Shown here piece by piece: positions 8,997-16,525 of a DNA stretch of 26,874 nucleotides. Position numbers and translations under genes: made by a program. Source of the DNA: a virus. Its lineage: Duplodnaviria; Caudoviricetes. Location of the stretch: the IMG/VR virus record IMGVR_UViG_3300037424_001944, positions 1 to 26,874 of that record. The stretch is one strand, 5' to 3'. Each line of letters opens with the position of its first letter. Within the stretch, counting starts at the first letter, position 1. The notes under the pieces were generated by a model, which had not been told where the DNA came from, made no database searches, and saw only the letters and a list, made by a program, of their open reading frames with translations.

Positions 8997-9873
8997 GTGA
9001 CATTCCCCTTGTCCAGTTGCACCAGGCAGGCGGCCAGGTCGAGACCCACGGCTTGATGTAGACGCGCCGGTCGGCGTCCGACCCGGCGCGCGGCCAGCCG
9101 GGAATGTGGTCGATGATGAGCATTTCTTCCAGCAGCTTCCAGACGCCTTCGATCAAGCCGAAGATGCGCGGCCCGGTGAAGCCGTAGGCTTCGATCAGGA
9201 CTGGCTTCCCGTGCAGCCTGCCTTTGTGCGGGAGTTCGGGGAAGAATTCGAGTTTGTTAAGTTCGATGGCCGTTTCGAACTTACTGACGTATGACCATTC
9301 CAGGTGTCCGTGTCTGGGGTGGCGCTTCCAGTAATCGCGTTCCCTGGTGTGACCGACCAGGCCCTGTACGGAGACGATATCGGGACGGTTCCAGGCGTTG
9401 GCGTTTGGGTCTGGCGCGCTGTAGAAGTCCTGGCATTCGACAATCGCAAAGCTGCCCTGTGTTCCGTTGACCCTGAACAGGTCGCCGCCGTTGCGTAGCA
9501 CGGTATGGATCTCGCCGGTCAGGCCGTGGTTGCCGTCGAAGTAGCCGAACTTGGGTTGGTGGAACAAATCCCACATGACCGGCCCGAGCATCCGTTTGAA
9601 CTGCTCGACCCATTCGGGCCGCTGGGCCAGGCTGATGACGATCTGGCTGGTGCGGCGTGGTTTGCCGCCGATCACTGGCCGGATGACGATAGTCTCGTTG
9701 GTCTCTTTGAGCTTGATCTTTTCGCTATGGGTGCGGGCTGGGCTGTCGTGGCGCGCTCGCGCGAACCGGTGCGGGTCGCCGATGTATTGGGTCACGCCGT
9801 AGGCCGGGTCAAATTCGGGCATCCGTCCAACGTTGATATACCGTTGCCCGTTGTAGTAGATCGACTCTGTCAT
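8989..9873 (-). CDS. Hypothetical protein (294 aa, Trp/His/Gly-rich)
   Basis: Long ORF with AAAGGA RBS in the late operon; no motif recognised. Confidence 0.7.
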   Translation of the reverse strand: MTESIYYNGQRYINVGRMPEFDPAYGVTQYIGDPHRFARARHDSPARTHSEKIKLKETNETIVIRPVIGGKPRRTSQIVISLAQRPEWVEQFKRMLGPVMWDLFHQPKFGYFDGNHGLTGEIHTVLRNGGDLFRVNGTQGSFAIVECQDFYSAPDPNANAWNRPDIVSVQGLVGHTRERDYWKRHPRHGHLEWSYVSKFETAIELNKLEFFPELPHKGRLHGKPVLIEAYGFTGPRIFGLIEGVWKLLEEMLIIDHIPGWPRAGSDADRRVYIKPWVSTWPPAWCNWTRGMSHA

Positions 9874-9910
9874 CCTGCACCGTCCTTTCGTTTTGAATGG
9901 TAGTGCGGGA

Positions 9911-10273
9911 TCATTTGATCCTGAGTATGGATTCGAAGAACAGGCCGAAGCGTTCGAGTATGGTCGGCTGTAATTCAGCCGGGGCGAGCGCGTATTGGTA
10001 GCGTTCGCCGGTGGGCCGTTCGAGGACTAGGTAGGGGTCGGGTTCGAACGTTGGTAGTGGGTCTTCGTCTTCTTCGGTGTCGGGGACGACTTCCTCCAGG
10101 TAGAACGTGCGCAGCCATTTCCCCTTCCAAGGATTGGGGTCCTGGCCGCTGATCTGCGACCATTCTCCGGATGTACCGACGATTTCGACGGTGCTGCCGG
10201 CGGGGATGTCACCCCGGTTGGATTCGCCTGGGCTGGCGTAGTAAGGGGCTGTGTGGATTACGCGGTAAGTCAT
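9911..10273 (-). CDS. SH3b-like domain protein
   Basis: 120 aa. IPAGSTVEIVGTSGEWSQI...KWLRTFYLE resembles a bacterial SH3 pattern; ATGA overlap with the portal gene. Confidence 0.55.
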   Translation of the reverse strand: MTYRVIHTAPYYASPGESNRGDIPAGSTVEIVGTSGEWSQISGQDPNPWKGKWLRTFYLEEVVPDTEEDEDPLPTFEPDPYLVLERPTGERYQYALAPAELQPTILERFGLFFESILRIK

Positions 10274-11661
10274 TCGGTTTCCTCCGTGGGTGTGGTCTCG
10301 TCTTCGGGTTGGCTGTCTGTGGGCCTGCCCCCGCCTTCGCGCTTGATTGGCGCGCGGATGCCTTTAGGCTGTGTGCCTTCGGTGTCATAATCCTTGCCCA
10401 GCATCTCGTAGAACAGGAGCAAATAGGTCGGCTCGTCGATCATCATTCTGTCGAACAGGTCGGCCAGGACTGGCTCGATCCGGGCGGCGGCCAGGGCCAG
10501 CGTGGAATTGTCGCGCTCGGTCACGTCATCGGCGCGGATGGCGATACCGGCCGCCTGCAAGCGTTTCTTGGCGAAATGGTTGCGCTTGATAACTGCGATG
10601 GCGCACATGGTCGCAAGGGCGCGCTTGAACGAGTTCTGGCGCATCTTGAACTTTCGGAAGGTGGGTGTCCCGGCTGCCTCCGCAGTGGTGCGGGTACTGG
10701 ACTCCGGCTCGGCCAGGTAGTGCAGGGGCAGGCCGATGCCTGCGGCAATGTGCTTTTTCACGGCGATGATGTCCATCTGTGCATCGAAGGATTGCATGTT
10801 CGGGGAGAGCGTGCCCCACACTTCTGTATCGTCGTTTACGACGATGGAACCTGGTTGCGGTGGGTTGGCGTTGAGTTCGGCTTCGCGCTGCTTGCGTGCC
10901 TTTGCGTCTGTGAACTTGCCTTTCACGATGTACACGATCAGGTTGCGCAGATGGTTCATGATGACCCGGTCGTTGAGCAAAGTGCTGAGCCTGCCCAGCC
11001 ATTTTAGGACGGGTGTCAAGTCGGCTTCGCCGAAGGTCGAGCCGACTGGCCGGTTGATCGGGAAGTGCAACATGAATTGTGTTTGCTCGGGGTCGAGTGG
11101 ATCGTAGGCCGGGTATGGCGGCGCGCCGAGGTCTTGCTGGATGTAGTGCGTTTCCTGCCGGTAGTCGTTATTGAAAGTCTGGATTTCGTTGATCTGTTCG
11201 GACGGCACAGCGCGGGCGAAGGTCGAGCCGTCTGTCGGGTCCACGCTGCACAGTACGAACAGGTCGCCGGTCCGGGACTGCTCGGCTACCCACTCGGGGA
11301 TTTGCTCGTCCAGGTTATTGAGCGGATGCTCCCAAAATTCGCGGACTGCGGCTGCGGTGGGCTTGTGTTTGATGTCCGGGGCCATGCCGTCGCCTACCAC
11401 GAATTCGACGATGGCGTCGGTGATCCGCCGCGCGATGGGGTTCGTGCGCCAGGCGAGCAAAGTCTCGCTGATAATGGTGCGGCGGTCCCAGTTGATCCGG
11501 TCGCGGAAGATGTCCCGCCCGGTGCGTGTGCCGATGATGATGGTATCGTCAGTTTCGGCCATGCTCGAGAGCCGCGCTTTCACGCGTTCTTCGACGGCCT
11601 GGTCGATGGCTGCGCGGAAGGGGTTACGGACTCGGATTTCTCGCCCGAAGATTTTTGCCAT
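10270..11661 (-). CDS. Portal protein
   Basis: 463 aa, directly after TerL. Motifs WRTNPIARRI...VVGDG, GDLFV, FGEADL and AAGIGLPLHYL are typical of portals; GGAGG RBS. Confidence 0.85.
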   Translation of the reverse strand: MAKIFGREIRVRNPFRAAIDQAVEERVKARLSSMAETDDTIIIGTRTGRDIFRDRINWDRRTIISETLLAWRTNPIARRITDAIVEFVVGDGMAPDIKHKPTAAAVREFWEHPLNNLDEQIPEWVAEQSRTGDLFVLCSVDPTDGSTFARAVPSEQINEIQTFNNDYRQETHYIQQDLGAPPYPAYDPLDPEQTQFMLHFPINRPVGSTFGEADLTPVLKWLGRLSTLLNDRVIMNHLRNLIVYIVKGKFTDAKARKQREAELNANPPQPGSIVVNDDTEVWGTLSPNMQSFDAQMDIIAVKKHIAAGIGLPLHYLAEPESSTRTTAEAAGTPTFRKFKMRQNSFKRALATMCAIAVIKRNHFAKKRLQAAGIAIRADDVTERDNSTLALAAARIEPVLADLFDRMMIDEPTYLLLFYEMLGKDYDTEGTQPKGIRAPIKREGGGRPTDSQPEDETTPTEETE

Positions 11662-13158
11662 TTAATAACCTCCGTCAATTTCTTTCTGCATGTCCCGTTG
11701 CAGGATGGTCGACTCCTGGCTGATGGTCCATTCGAGCTTGTCGAGAATGGCTACTAAGGAATCGGCCATGACATGATCATCATGGATGAGTTCGCCGGTG
11801 GTGTCGTCGCGTGTGCCTTCGGGCACGGACCAGCGCATTGTTTTGGCTGGGCCGGGCAGGATCTCGCTTTTGATGTTGAGATATTGCAAATCGACTGCGC
11901 TTGACGGCTGGCAGTCTCGGAACCGTCCGGTTTCGATCACGGCGATATAGCCGTATCCGATCTCACTCTTGGCTTGTTGGGTGAACTTGACGGGAATCAC
12001 GCGGCCTGAAAATACCCGGTCGAGCATGGCCCATAGCCCCTCCCCTACTCCCGTGGCGTCGATCACAAAGTAAAGCGGGCGCCATACTTCGCCCAGTGCC
12101 TTGAGTTTGCCGAACATGACGACATGGTTCTGCCCGGTCCAGGCCTGGCGGTAGACTGCCCGGTAGGTTGGGAAGCTCAAGAGTTCGAGCGATGATAGGT
12201 CAATGTCCACGATCGTGAGCGTGAGTGCATCCCGGCCTGCATTTTGGAGCGGCGCGTCTTCGTCCAGGTTCATGCGTGCTTCATCCTGTCCGGCTACGTC
12301 GATGAGAAACGCGTAAGCGTGACCGGGTTCGGGCATGTCTGTGCCCGGGCGGTCACCGACCATAAGCGCCCGGCGCGCCGCGTTGAACATGCCGATCTCG
12401 GCGTCGATCTCCTCGTTGAAGTACTGCGTTTTGATTAAGGGATGTTGTCTCCCTAATCGCTGTACTTCGCCGTCCACGAAGCGGCCATAGGCCGGGTTGT
12501 GTTTGCGGACTTCGTCCGCGCTGTATTGGAACACGCGCCGGATGCCGTCCAGTTTCTCGGCGGCTTCCGCTGCGCGGCGTTCGCGGGAGAGCAGGCTACC
12601 GGATGTCCAGACCGTGCCCACGATCACGCGGGTGGCGTTGGTCGAGGCGGCCATAGGGCTGGCCTTCTTGTCGTACACGCTGGGGCTGATGTCCTGGGCT
12701 TCGTTGATGATCAGCACGAGCGACGCAGTCGCGCCGACTACGTTGGCCTGCCCGTCGCCGGACAGGAAGGATACTTTCGCCTGGCCGATCATGCGCATGA
12801 AGTCGGAGCGCTTCTTCCAGCGGTTGCGCGTTAGCACGTTGGTATTCAAGCGCGTCTCGAGTCGGAAGATGGCGCGGATGGTCTGGGGCTTGTAGGTGGG
12901 ATTGAATTCGACGATCTCCACGTCTTTGTGTTGGAAGCGGTGTAGGAGATACGCTTTCAGATGGCACAGGAGCTCGTCTTTGCCTGATTGGCGCGAGATG
13001 ATAATGACGATGGTGTGACCCAAATTGTGTTTAACTGAATTCCAGATCGCGGCTATAGGCTCTATCTGGTACGGCCTGAGTTCCATGCCCCCGCCGTGGA
13101 GTGAGAAGTTATACGGGTTGCGCTGGATGGTCTTGGCGCGCTCGGTGAGTGTTGACAC
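11662..13158 (-). CDS. terL: Terminase large subunit
   Basis: 498 aa. LRPYQ adenine-binding motif, Walker A ISRQSGK, Walker B-like LIINEAQD, and RNase H-like nuclease motifs LIDVAG, IDATGVG and HDD. Confidence 0.92.
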   Translation of the reverse strand: MSTLTERAKTIQRNPYNFSLHGGGMELRPYQIEPIAAIWNSVKHNLGHTIVIIISRQSGKDELLCHLKAYLLHRFQHKDVEIVEFNPTYKPQTIRAIFRLETRLNTNVLTRNRWKKRSDFMRMIGQAKVSFLSGDGQANVVGATASLVLIINEAQDISPSVYDKKASPMAASTNATRVIVGTVWTSGSLLSRERRAAEAAEKLDGIRRVFQYSADEVRKHNPAYGRFVDGEVQRLGRQHPLIKTQYFNEEIDAEIGMFNAARRALMVGDRPGTDMPEPGHAYAFLIDVAGQDEARMNLDEDAPLQNAGRDALTLTIVDIDLSSLELLSFPTYRAVYRQAWTGQNHVVMFGKLKALGEVWRPLYFVIDATGVGEGLWAMLDRVFSGRVIPVKFTQQAKSEIGYGYIAVIETGRFRDCQPSSAVDLQYLNIKSEILPGPAKTMRWSVPEGTRDDTTGELIHDDHVMADSLVAILDKLEWTISQESTILQRDMQKEIDGGY

Positions 13159-13526
13159 TATATTCCGTCCTCGGCGTTGAGGTCGGCCAGCGCGTCCATG
13201 ATGGCGGTCTCGACCGGCAAGTACTTGCCGATAATGAGTTGGTGTGAGCGGGCGAGAGTGGAGATGGTGAGCATCACATTAGCCAGGGTGTTGATCGACT
13301 TGAGCGCGTTATCGCTGAGTTGGGTAATGCTCTCATCGGCTTCGATGGGCTTGAGCCCATGCTCCCCCAGCCGTTGCATGATTCGGTCGGCCACGATCCG
13401 CAGGGCGTTGATCTCGCTTTCGAGGTCGTCGTCGCCTTTGGTGAGGCGGTTCTTTTCGCGGCGAGTGAAGCGCTTGGAGTAGAAGCCGTGTTTGACTGCG
13501 TTCTGATTGCCTGGGGGTGCGGGCAT
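13158..13526 (-). CDS. terS: Terminase small subunit
   Basis: 122 aa from MPAPPGNQNAVKHGFYS; the GNxNAxKHGxY motif is typical of TerS; abuts terL. Confidence 0.8.
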   Translation of the reverse strand: MPAPPGNQNAVKHGFYSKRFTRREKNRLTKGDDDLESEINALRIVADRIMQRLGEHGLKPIEADESITQLSDNALKSINTLANVMLTISTLARSHQLIIGKYLPVETAIMDALADLNAEDGI

Positions 13527-13527
13527 G

Positions 13528-13836
13528 TCATGTTTTATCCCTGCTGTGTAGTTGGCCCGTCCCGCGTCCCTGCTCTGCCCGGACCTGGCTGCGCGCATCG
13601 TGGGCGGATAGCAAGCCGTTGAGATGGTTTACCTGCTGGGCAATGAATTTGATTTCTTCGGCCAGCCTGCCGATGGCTTCGGCGCGGTGGGCGCGCTCTT
13701 CTTTCAGGAATTCCCTCCATTGTTCGTTAAGTGCAATCTGGGCGCGTTCGATCCGTCTTGACCATTCCAGGATGAAGAAAACAAAAATTCCGACGATGGG
13801 TAATTGGATGAGCAGGTTTATGACGCTGTCTGGCAA
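13528..13836 (-). CDS. Single-TM plus coiled-coil protein (BhlA/UviB-like holin candidate)
   Basis: 102 aa, TTG start with GGAG RBS, N-terminal TM (LLIQLPIVGIFVFFIL) followed by a charged helix. Confidence 0.6.
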   Translation of the reverse strand: MPDSVINLLIQLPIVGIFVFFILEWSRRIERAQIALNEQWREFLKEERAHRAEAIGRLAEEIKFIAQQVNHLNGLLSAHDARSQVRAEQGRGTGQLHSRDKT

Positions 13837-13863
13837 GGGTTGGACTCCGCCGCTTATACGGAT

Positions 13864-13888
13864 AAAAAAACAGCCGGCTGTCGGCTGT
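13864..13888 (-). terminator. Intrinsic terminator in the late-operon leader
   Basis: Minus strand ACAGCCG-ACAGC-CGGCTGT-TTTTTT, about 30 nt upstream of the first late gene. Confidence 0.6.
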
Positions 13889-13947
13889 CGCTCGCTCCCC
13901 TTAAAAAAGCGGCTAGACTCTCAAGGGGAGCGAGTCTAGCCAATTCG

Positions 13948-13976
13948 ATTTTTGCACACTTGTTCTAGGCTGTCAA
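13948..13976 (-). promoter_or_regulatory. Putative late promoter with an overlapping LexA (GAAC-N4-GTTC type) box
   Basis: TTGACA-N17-AAAAAT; the spacer contains GAAC-AAGT-GTGC (13965-13954). The -10 element is weak. Confidence 0.45.
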
Positions 13977-14098
13977 TGTAGGTGCGCAAGGGGGGGTACG
14001 TTTGTCCTACGAATGTTTGAACGTCCGGCCCGCGTTTTTGGCGGGGGCGGGCCGGCGCTCGAACGGGAGTGGCGGGGGGTTGGCCGCCGCTGTGAGAG

Positions 14099-14253
14099 GG
14101 CTGAGCGCCCCTCAGGGCGCGAAGGGTCTGAGTGCGAGCGGCTACGCGAGCGCGAATAATTGGGGGTCTGGGGTGGCTGTGCCCCCCAGCGGGGTGCAGG
14201 GGCGGAGCCCTTGCGGGTTTTGGCTGAGCGCGCCCTCGCGCGCGAAGGATCTG
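14099..14253 (+). repeat. Structured A'-B-A(partial) repeat element, copy 2
   Basis: Unit B identical to 269-312, flanked by a variant and a truncated copy of the 58-bp A unit. Confidence 0.9.
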
Positions 14254-14523
14254 CGCGGCCTGCCAATGGGCGGCCTGGGCGACTGAGGGAAGGTGTCGCC
14301 GGTGCTTGTCGGCCACCTGACCGAAGGTAGCCAGCCGAAGCCCCCCTGAGAACGCCCGCCCCCCACTTCTGAATGGGTACATTGCTGGGGGGTGTGCCGG
14401 GGTGGGGGGTGTGGGGGGCGGGGTGGCAGGGGGGACTGAGGGAAGCCGCACCATTGGCGTTCTGGCCGCGCATCTTCGGGGGTTCGGGGGTTGGTGGTAG
14501 GATTTAGGGAAAGGAGTCCTACT

Positions 14524-14763
14524 ATGTTGAGAATTAGATTTCAAGCAAATATTGATGATCCGCGTCCCATAAATTGGCCCGTTAAACATCCGTATTGGGT
14601 GACGGGTGAAGCTGGTGATGGTTCTTATGCGACTGTGGTTTCGTATGCCGATGACGAACAGTACATCATGGATAACTGGCCTGAAGCAACGAACTTGGAT
14701 ATTCAAGAAGTCGAAGGTTATACATTCACAGGCCGATTTCCTAAGCCTGATTGGCTCTCGTGA
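14524..14763 (+). CDS. Hypothetical phage protein (79 aa, DPRPINWPVKHPYWVTG...RFPKPDW)
   Basis: AAGGAG RBS at 14511; lone plus-strand gene between the modules, AT-richer than its flanks. Confidence 0.8.
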   Translation: MLRIRFQANIDDPRPINWPVKHPYWVTGEAGDGSYATVVSYADDEQYIMDNWPEATNLDIQEVEGYTFTGRFPKPDWLS

Positions 14764-15021
14764 CCGGCTTGTAGTTGGGGGTTCGGGGGGTACTCCCCCC
14801 GGCAGCAGAAAGGCCCGCGAGTACGCGGGCCGATGGAGCCGGCCTGTCCGCCTGAGCAAGAGTGACCGAGCCGGCTGCGCTGTCCCTGGACCGGTCACGG
14901 TGGATCTCGATCAGTCACGTTTAAATGCGAACCGCCCGGGTTCGCCGGGCGGTTCTGTCTCAATGCGGGGAGCTTGACCGTTGACCGGGTCAACTCCCCT
15001 AAAATAATGTATCAATTTGAT

Positions 15022-15065
15022 GGGGAGCCCAGTTCCTAGGAGTTTGCCATAGGGCTCCCCTTTTT
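15022..15065 (+). terminator. Possible terminator in the convergent intergenic zone
   Basis: ggggagccc...gggctcccc followed by T5; the loop is long. Confidence 0.4.
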
Positions 15066-15079
15066 AAAAGGGTTTCGAT

Positions 15080-15286
15080 CTAAGGGGCGGGTTTCGGGCT
15101 GAGGGGGGCAGCCAGTCCCCCGCCGTGGGGAAGTGTAGCACTAGTTTTTGGGTTTGGCAATGGCGAGCCGCAAGAAAGGCATGTTGTCCTTACGTGGATG
15201 CCGTTTTGAGACTCGCTCTCGTAATAGGTGTGGGCGCAGTTTTTGGGAGACTGGCAGTATCTTGGGAGAGTGGAAGCTATAGGCAT
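15080..15286 (-). CDS. Small Cys-containing hypothetical protein (68 aa, MPIASTLPRYC...CAH...CLSCG)
   Basis: ATG just downstream of the attC R' box; possible Zn ribbon. Confidence 0.4.
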   Translation of the reverse strand: MPIASTLPRYCQSPKNCAHTYYESESQNGIHVRTTCLSCGSPLPNPKTSATLPHGGGLAAPLSPKPAP

Positions 15287-15292
15287 AGGTAA

Positions 15293-15420
15293 GGCCAACG
15301 GGTTAGGCTTTAGCGGCAGGGCGAGGCACGCAACACAACGCCGCCTGCCACTTTGTTTGATAATGTTTGTGGCATTTGGGACAAGACCATTGCCCTGTCC
15401 GCTGCGAGCCTGTGTTAGGT
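15293..15420 (-). other. Integron attC site (128 bp) of the inserted cassette
   Basis: Minus strand R'' ACCTAAC (15420-15414) ... R' GTTGGCC (15299-15293). Plus-strand arms aggct-t-tagcgg-cagggc / gccctg-T-ccgctg-C-g-agcct pair with two extrahelical bases. Confidence 0.8.
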
Positions 15421-15571
15421 GCGTGATAGATACGGATACGCAATGATCTACAGCCGCCACACCATGCACGGCGAAGCGGGATATGCTTGGCAATCTTGCC
15501 AACCCAACCACACTTCAAGCATTCGACTTCTTTAGTTTCGTAGTTCTCAATGTTTTTCACAAAGCACCTAA
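15299..15571 (-). mobile_element. Integron-type gene cassette (273 bp)
   Basis: Begins G|TTAGGTGC and its attC starts GCACCTAAC (9-bp complement); carries a single ORF starting 11 nt inside. Confidence 0.8.
15303..15560 (-). CDS. Zinc-finger-like cassette protein (85 aa)
   Basis: GTG start; CLKC, CGGC, CPKC and CC motifs; reads through its own attC; AT-richer 5' half. Confidence 0.65.
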   Translation of the reverse strand: MKNIENYETKEVECLKCGWVGKIAKHIPLRRAWCGGCRSLRIRIYHAPNTGSQRTGQWSCPKCHKHYQTKWQAALCCVPRPAAKA

Positions 15572-15623
15572 CTCTTAGAAATCAGCGGCGGTGTTCGTCC
15601 GTCCGCTGGATTGGCCGTTGGCC
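15566..15623 (-). other. Integron attC site (58 bp), phage-resident
   Basis: Minus strand R'' GGCCAAC (15623-15617) ... R' GTTAGGT (15572-15566). Plus-strand arms aatcagcggcgg / ccg-T-ccgctg-G-att pair perfectly apart from the canonical extrahelical T and G. Confidence 0.85.
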
Positions 15624-15889
15624 GCTCTTTGAAGTCGGTCGATCTCGGCTGCGATTAATGCGCCTGCGCGAACTAAATTACTGATCCGGTCTTTTGGCTT
15701 GAATGTGGAAATGTCCCAAGGCCAAAATCTAGGAAGTTGCAAGCGGTATCCTTGGCCTTCAATCAAATACGCAATTGCAGCATCGGCTAATTCTCCGTCT
15801 GTCCATTGGTCATCGTGATGGTAGTCGTAGCCTTCTACTGTTTCCTGTCGATCACGTTCATCGAAAATCATTCCACGTCCTGTTTGCAT
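15575..15889 (-). CDS. Phage protein with ER.RQ...HDD...GELA.AA.AY...WPW...NLVRAGALIAAEIDRL pattern
   Basis: 104 aa from the ATG with AAGGAG RBS; motif pattern familiar from phage accessory proteins; C-terminus is encoded by the attC. Confidence 0.8.
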   Translation of the reverse strand: MQTGRGMIFDERDRQETVEGYDYHHDDQWTDGELADAAIAYLIEGQGYRLQLPRFWPWDISTFKPKDRISNLVRAGALIAAEIDRLQRAANGQSSGRTNTAADF

Positions 15890-15890
15890 G

Positions 15891-16220
15891 TTAGTGCTCC
15901 TTTTCTGTGTATTCAATTTCTTCGACCATCGCGCTCGTCTTCGGATGGGCCGGGATGATCCCCTGCAAGTACATCCGGCCTTGGAAGATCCCCTTGTGCG
16001 GGTTCGGCTGGCCGATGGGATAAGGCCAGTGAGCGCAGATGGTATTCCATTCTTGGAAGGATGGATAGACGCTGGCCCGCCAGATGAGCAGGCGATAGAT
16101 ACTCCCGTCTCTGCGCAGGTTTATGATTAGTCCCCCTCCCAGCTTGGTCTTTACCTGGTTGGGTTCGGCGGCGTCGGCGGCGGCGATCAGGTCTTCGAGT
16201 GTGTGTTCAAGGGTCGGCAT
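15891..16220 (-). CDS. Hypothetical protein
   Basis: 109 aa, tightly packed in the operon. Confidence 0.65.
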   Translation of the reverse strand: MPTLEHTLEDLIAAADAAEPNQVKTKLGGGLIINLRRDGSIYRLLIWRASVYPSFQEWNTICAHWPYPIGQPNPHKGIFQGRMYLQGIIPAHPKTSAMVEEIEYTEKEH

Positions 16221-16518
16221 GGTTTCCGCCTTTCTTATGTCGCTTTACCGCCTGGTCGTATTCTTTCAGTCCGCCGCGCCGGATCACCTCCGCTGTGAAC
16301 GGCGCGCGGCCTTTGAATTCATCGCTCAACATGCGGATGAAGTTAAACACAATTACGCTGACCGGGCCTTTGAAGTTCGGGTGGCGGAGCGCGAGTTGTA
16401 GTGCGCTGATGATGGACACGGCAAGCACGGGCTTGAGTGAGATGTGGATTTGGAAACCGACTTCTTCGAGTTGCTTGAGTTCGGCGGTGTATTGCTCTAT
16501 AAATTCGGATTGGGACAT
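16207..16518 (-). CDS. Hypothetical protein
   Basis: 103 aa, AGGTG RBS, operon packing. Confidence 0.65.
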   Translation of the reverse strand: MSQSEFIEQYTAELKQLEEVGFQIHISLKPVLAVSIISALQLALRHPNFKGPVSVIVFNFIRMLSDEFKGRAPFTAEVIRRGGLKEYDQAVKRHKKGGNHADP

Positions 16519-16525
16519 GGGTCAC

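Noticed and set aside
6312-13482. Numerous plus-strand ORFs overlapping the structural genes
   Set aside because: Antisense shadows of high-GC minus-strand genes that have clear motifs.
13936-14898. 320-aa and 166-aa minus-strand ORFs, and similar ORFs at 129-584 and 25623-26840
   Set aside because: Low-complexity Pro/Arg/Gly translations of GC-rich structured repeats, with no RBS or domain pattern.
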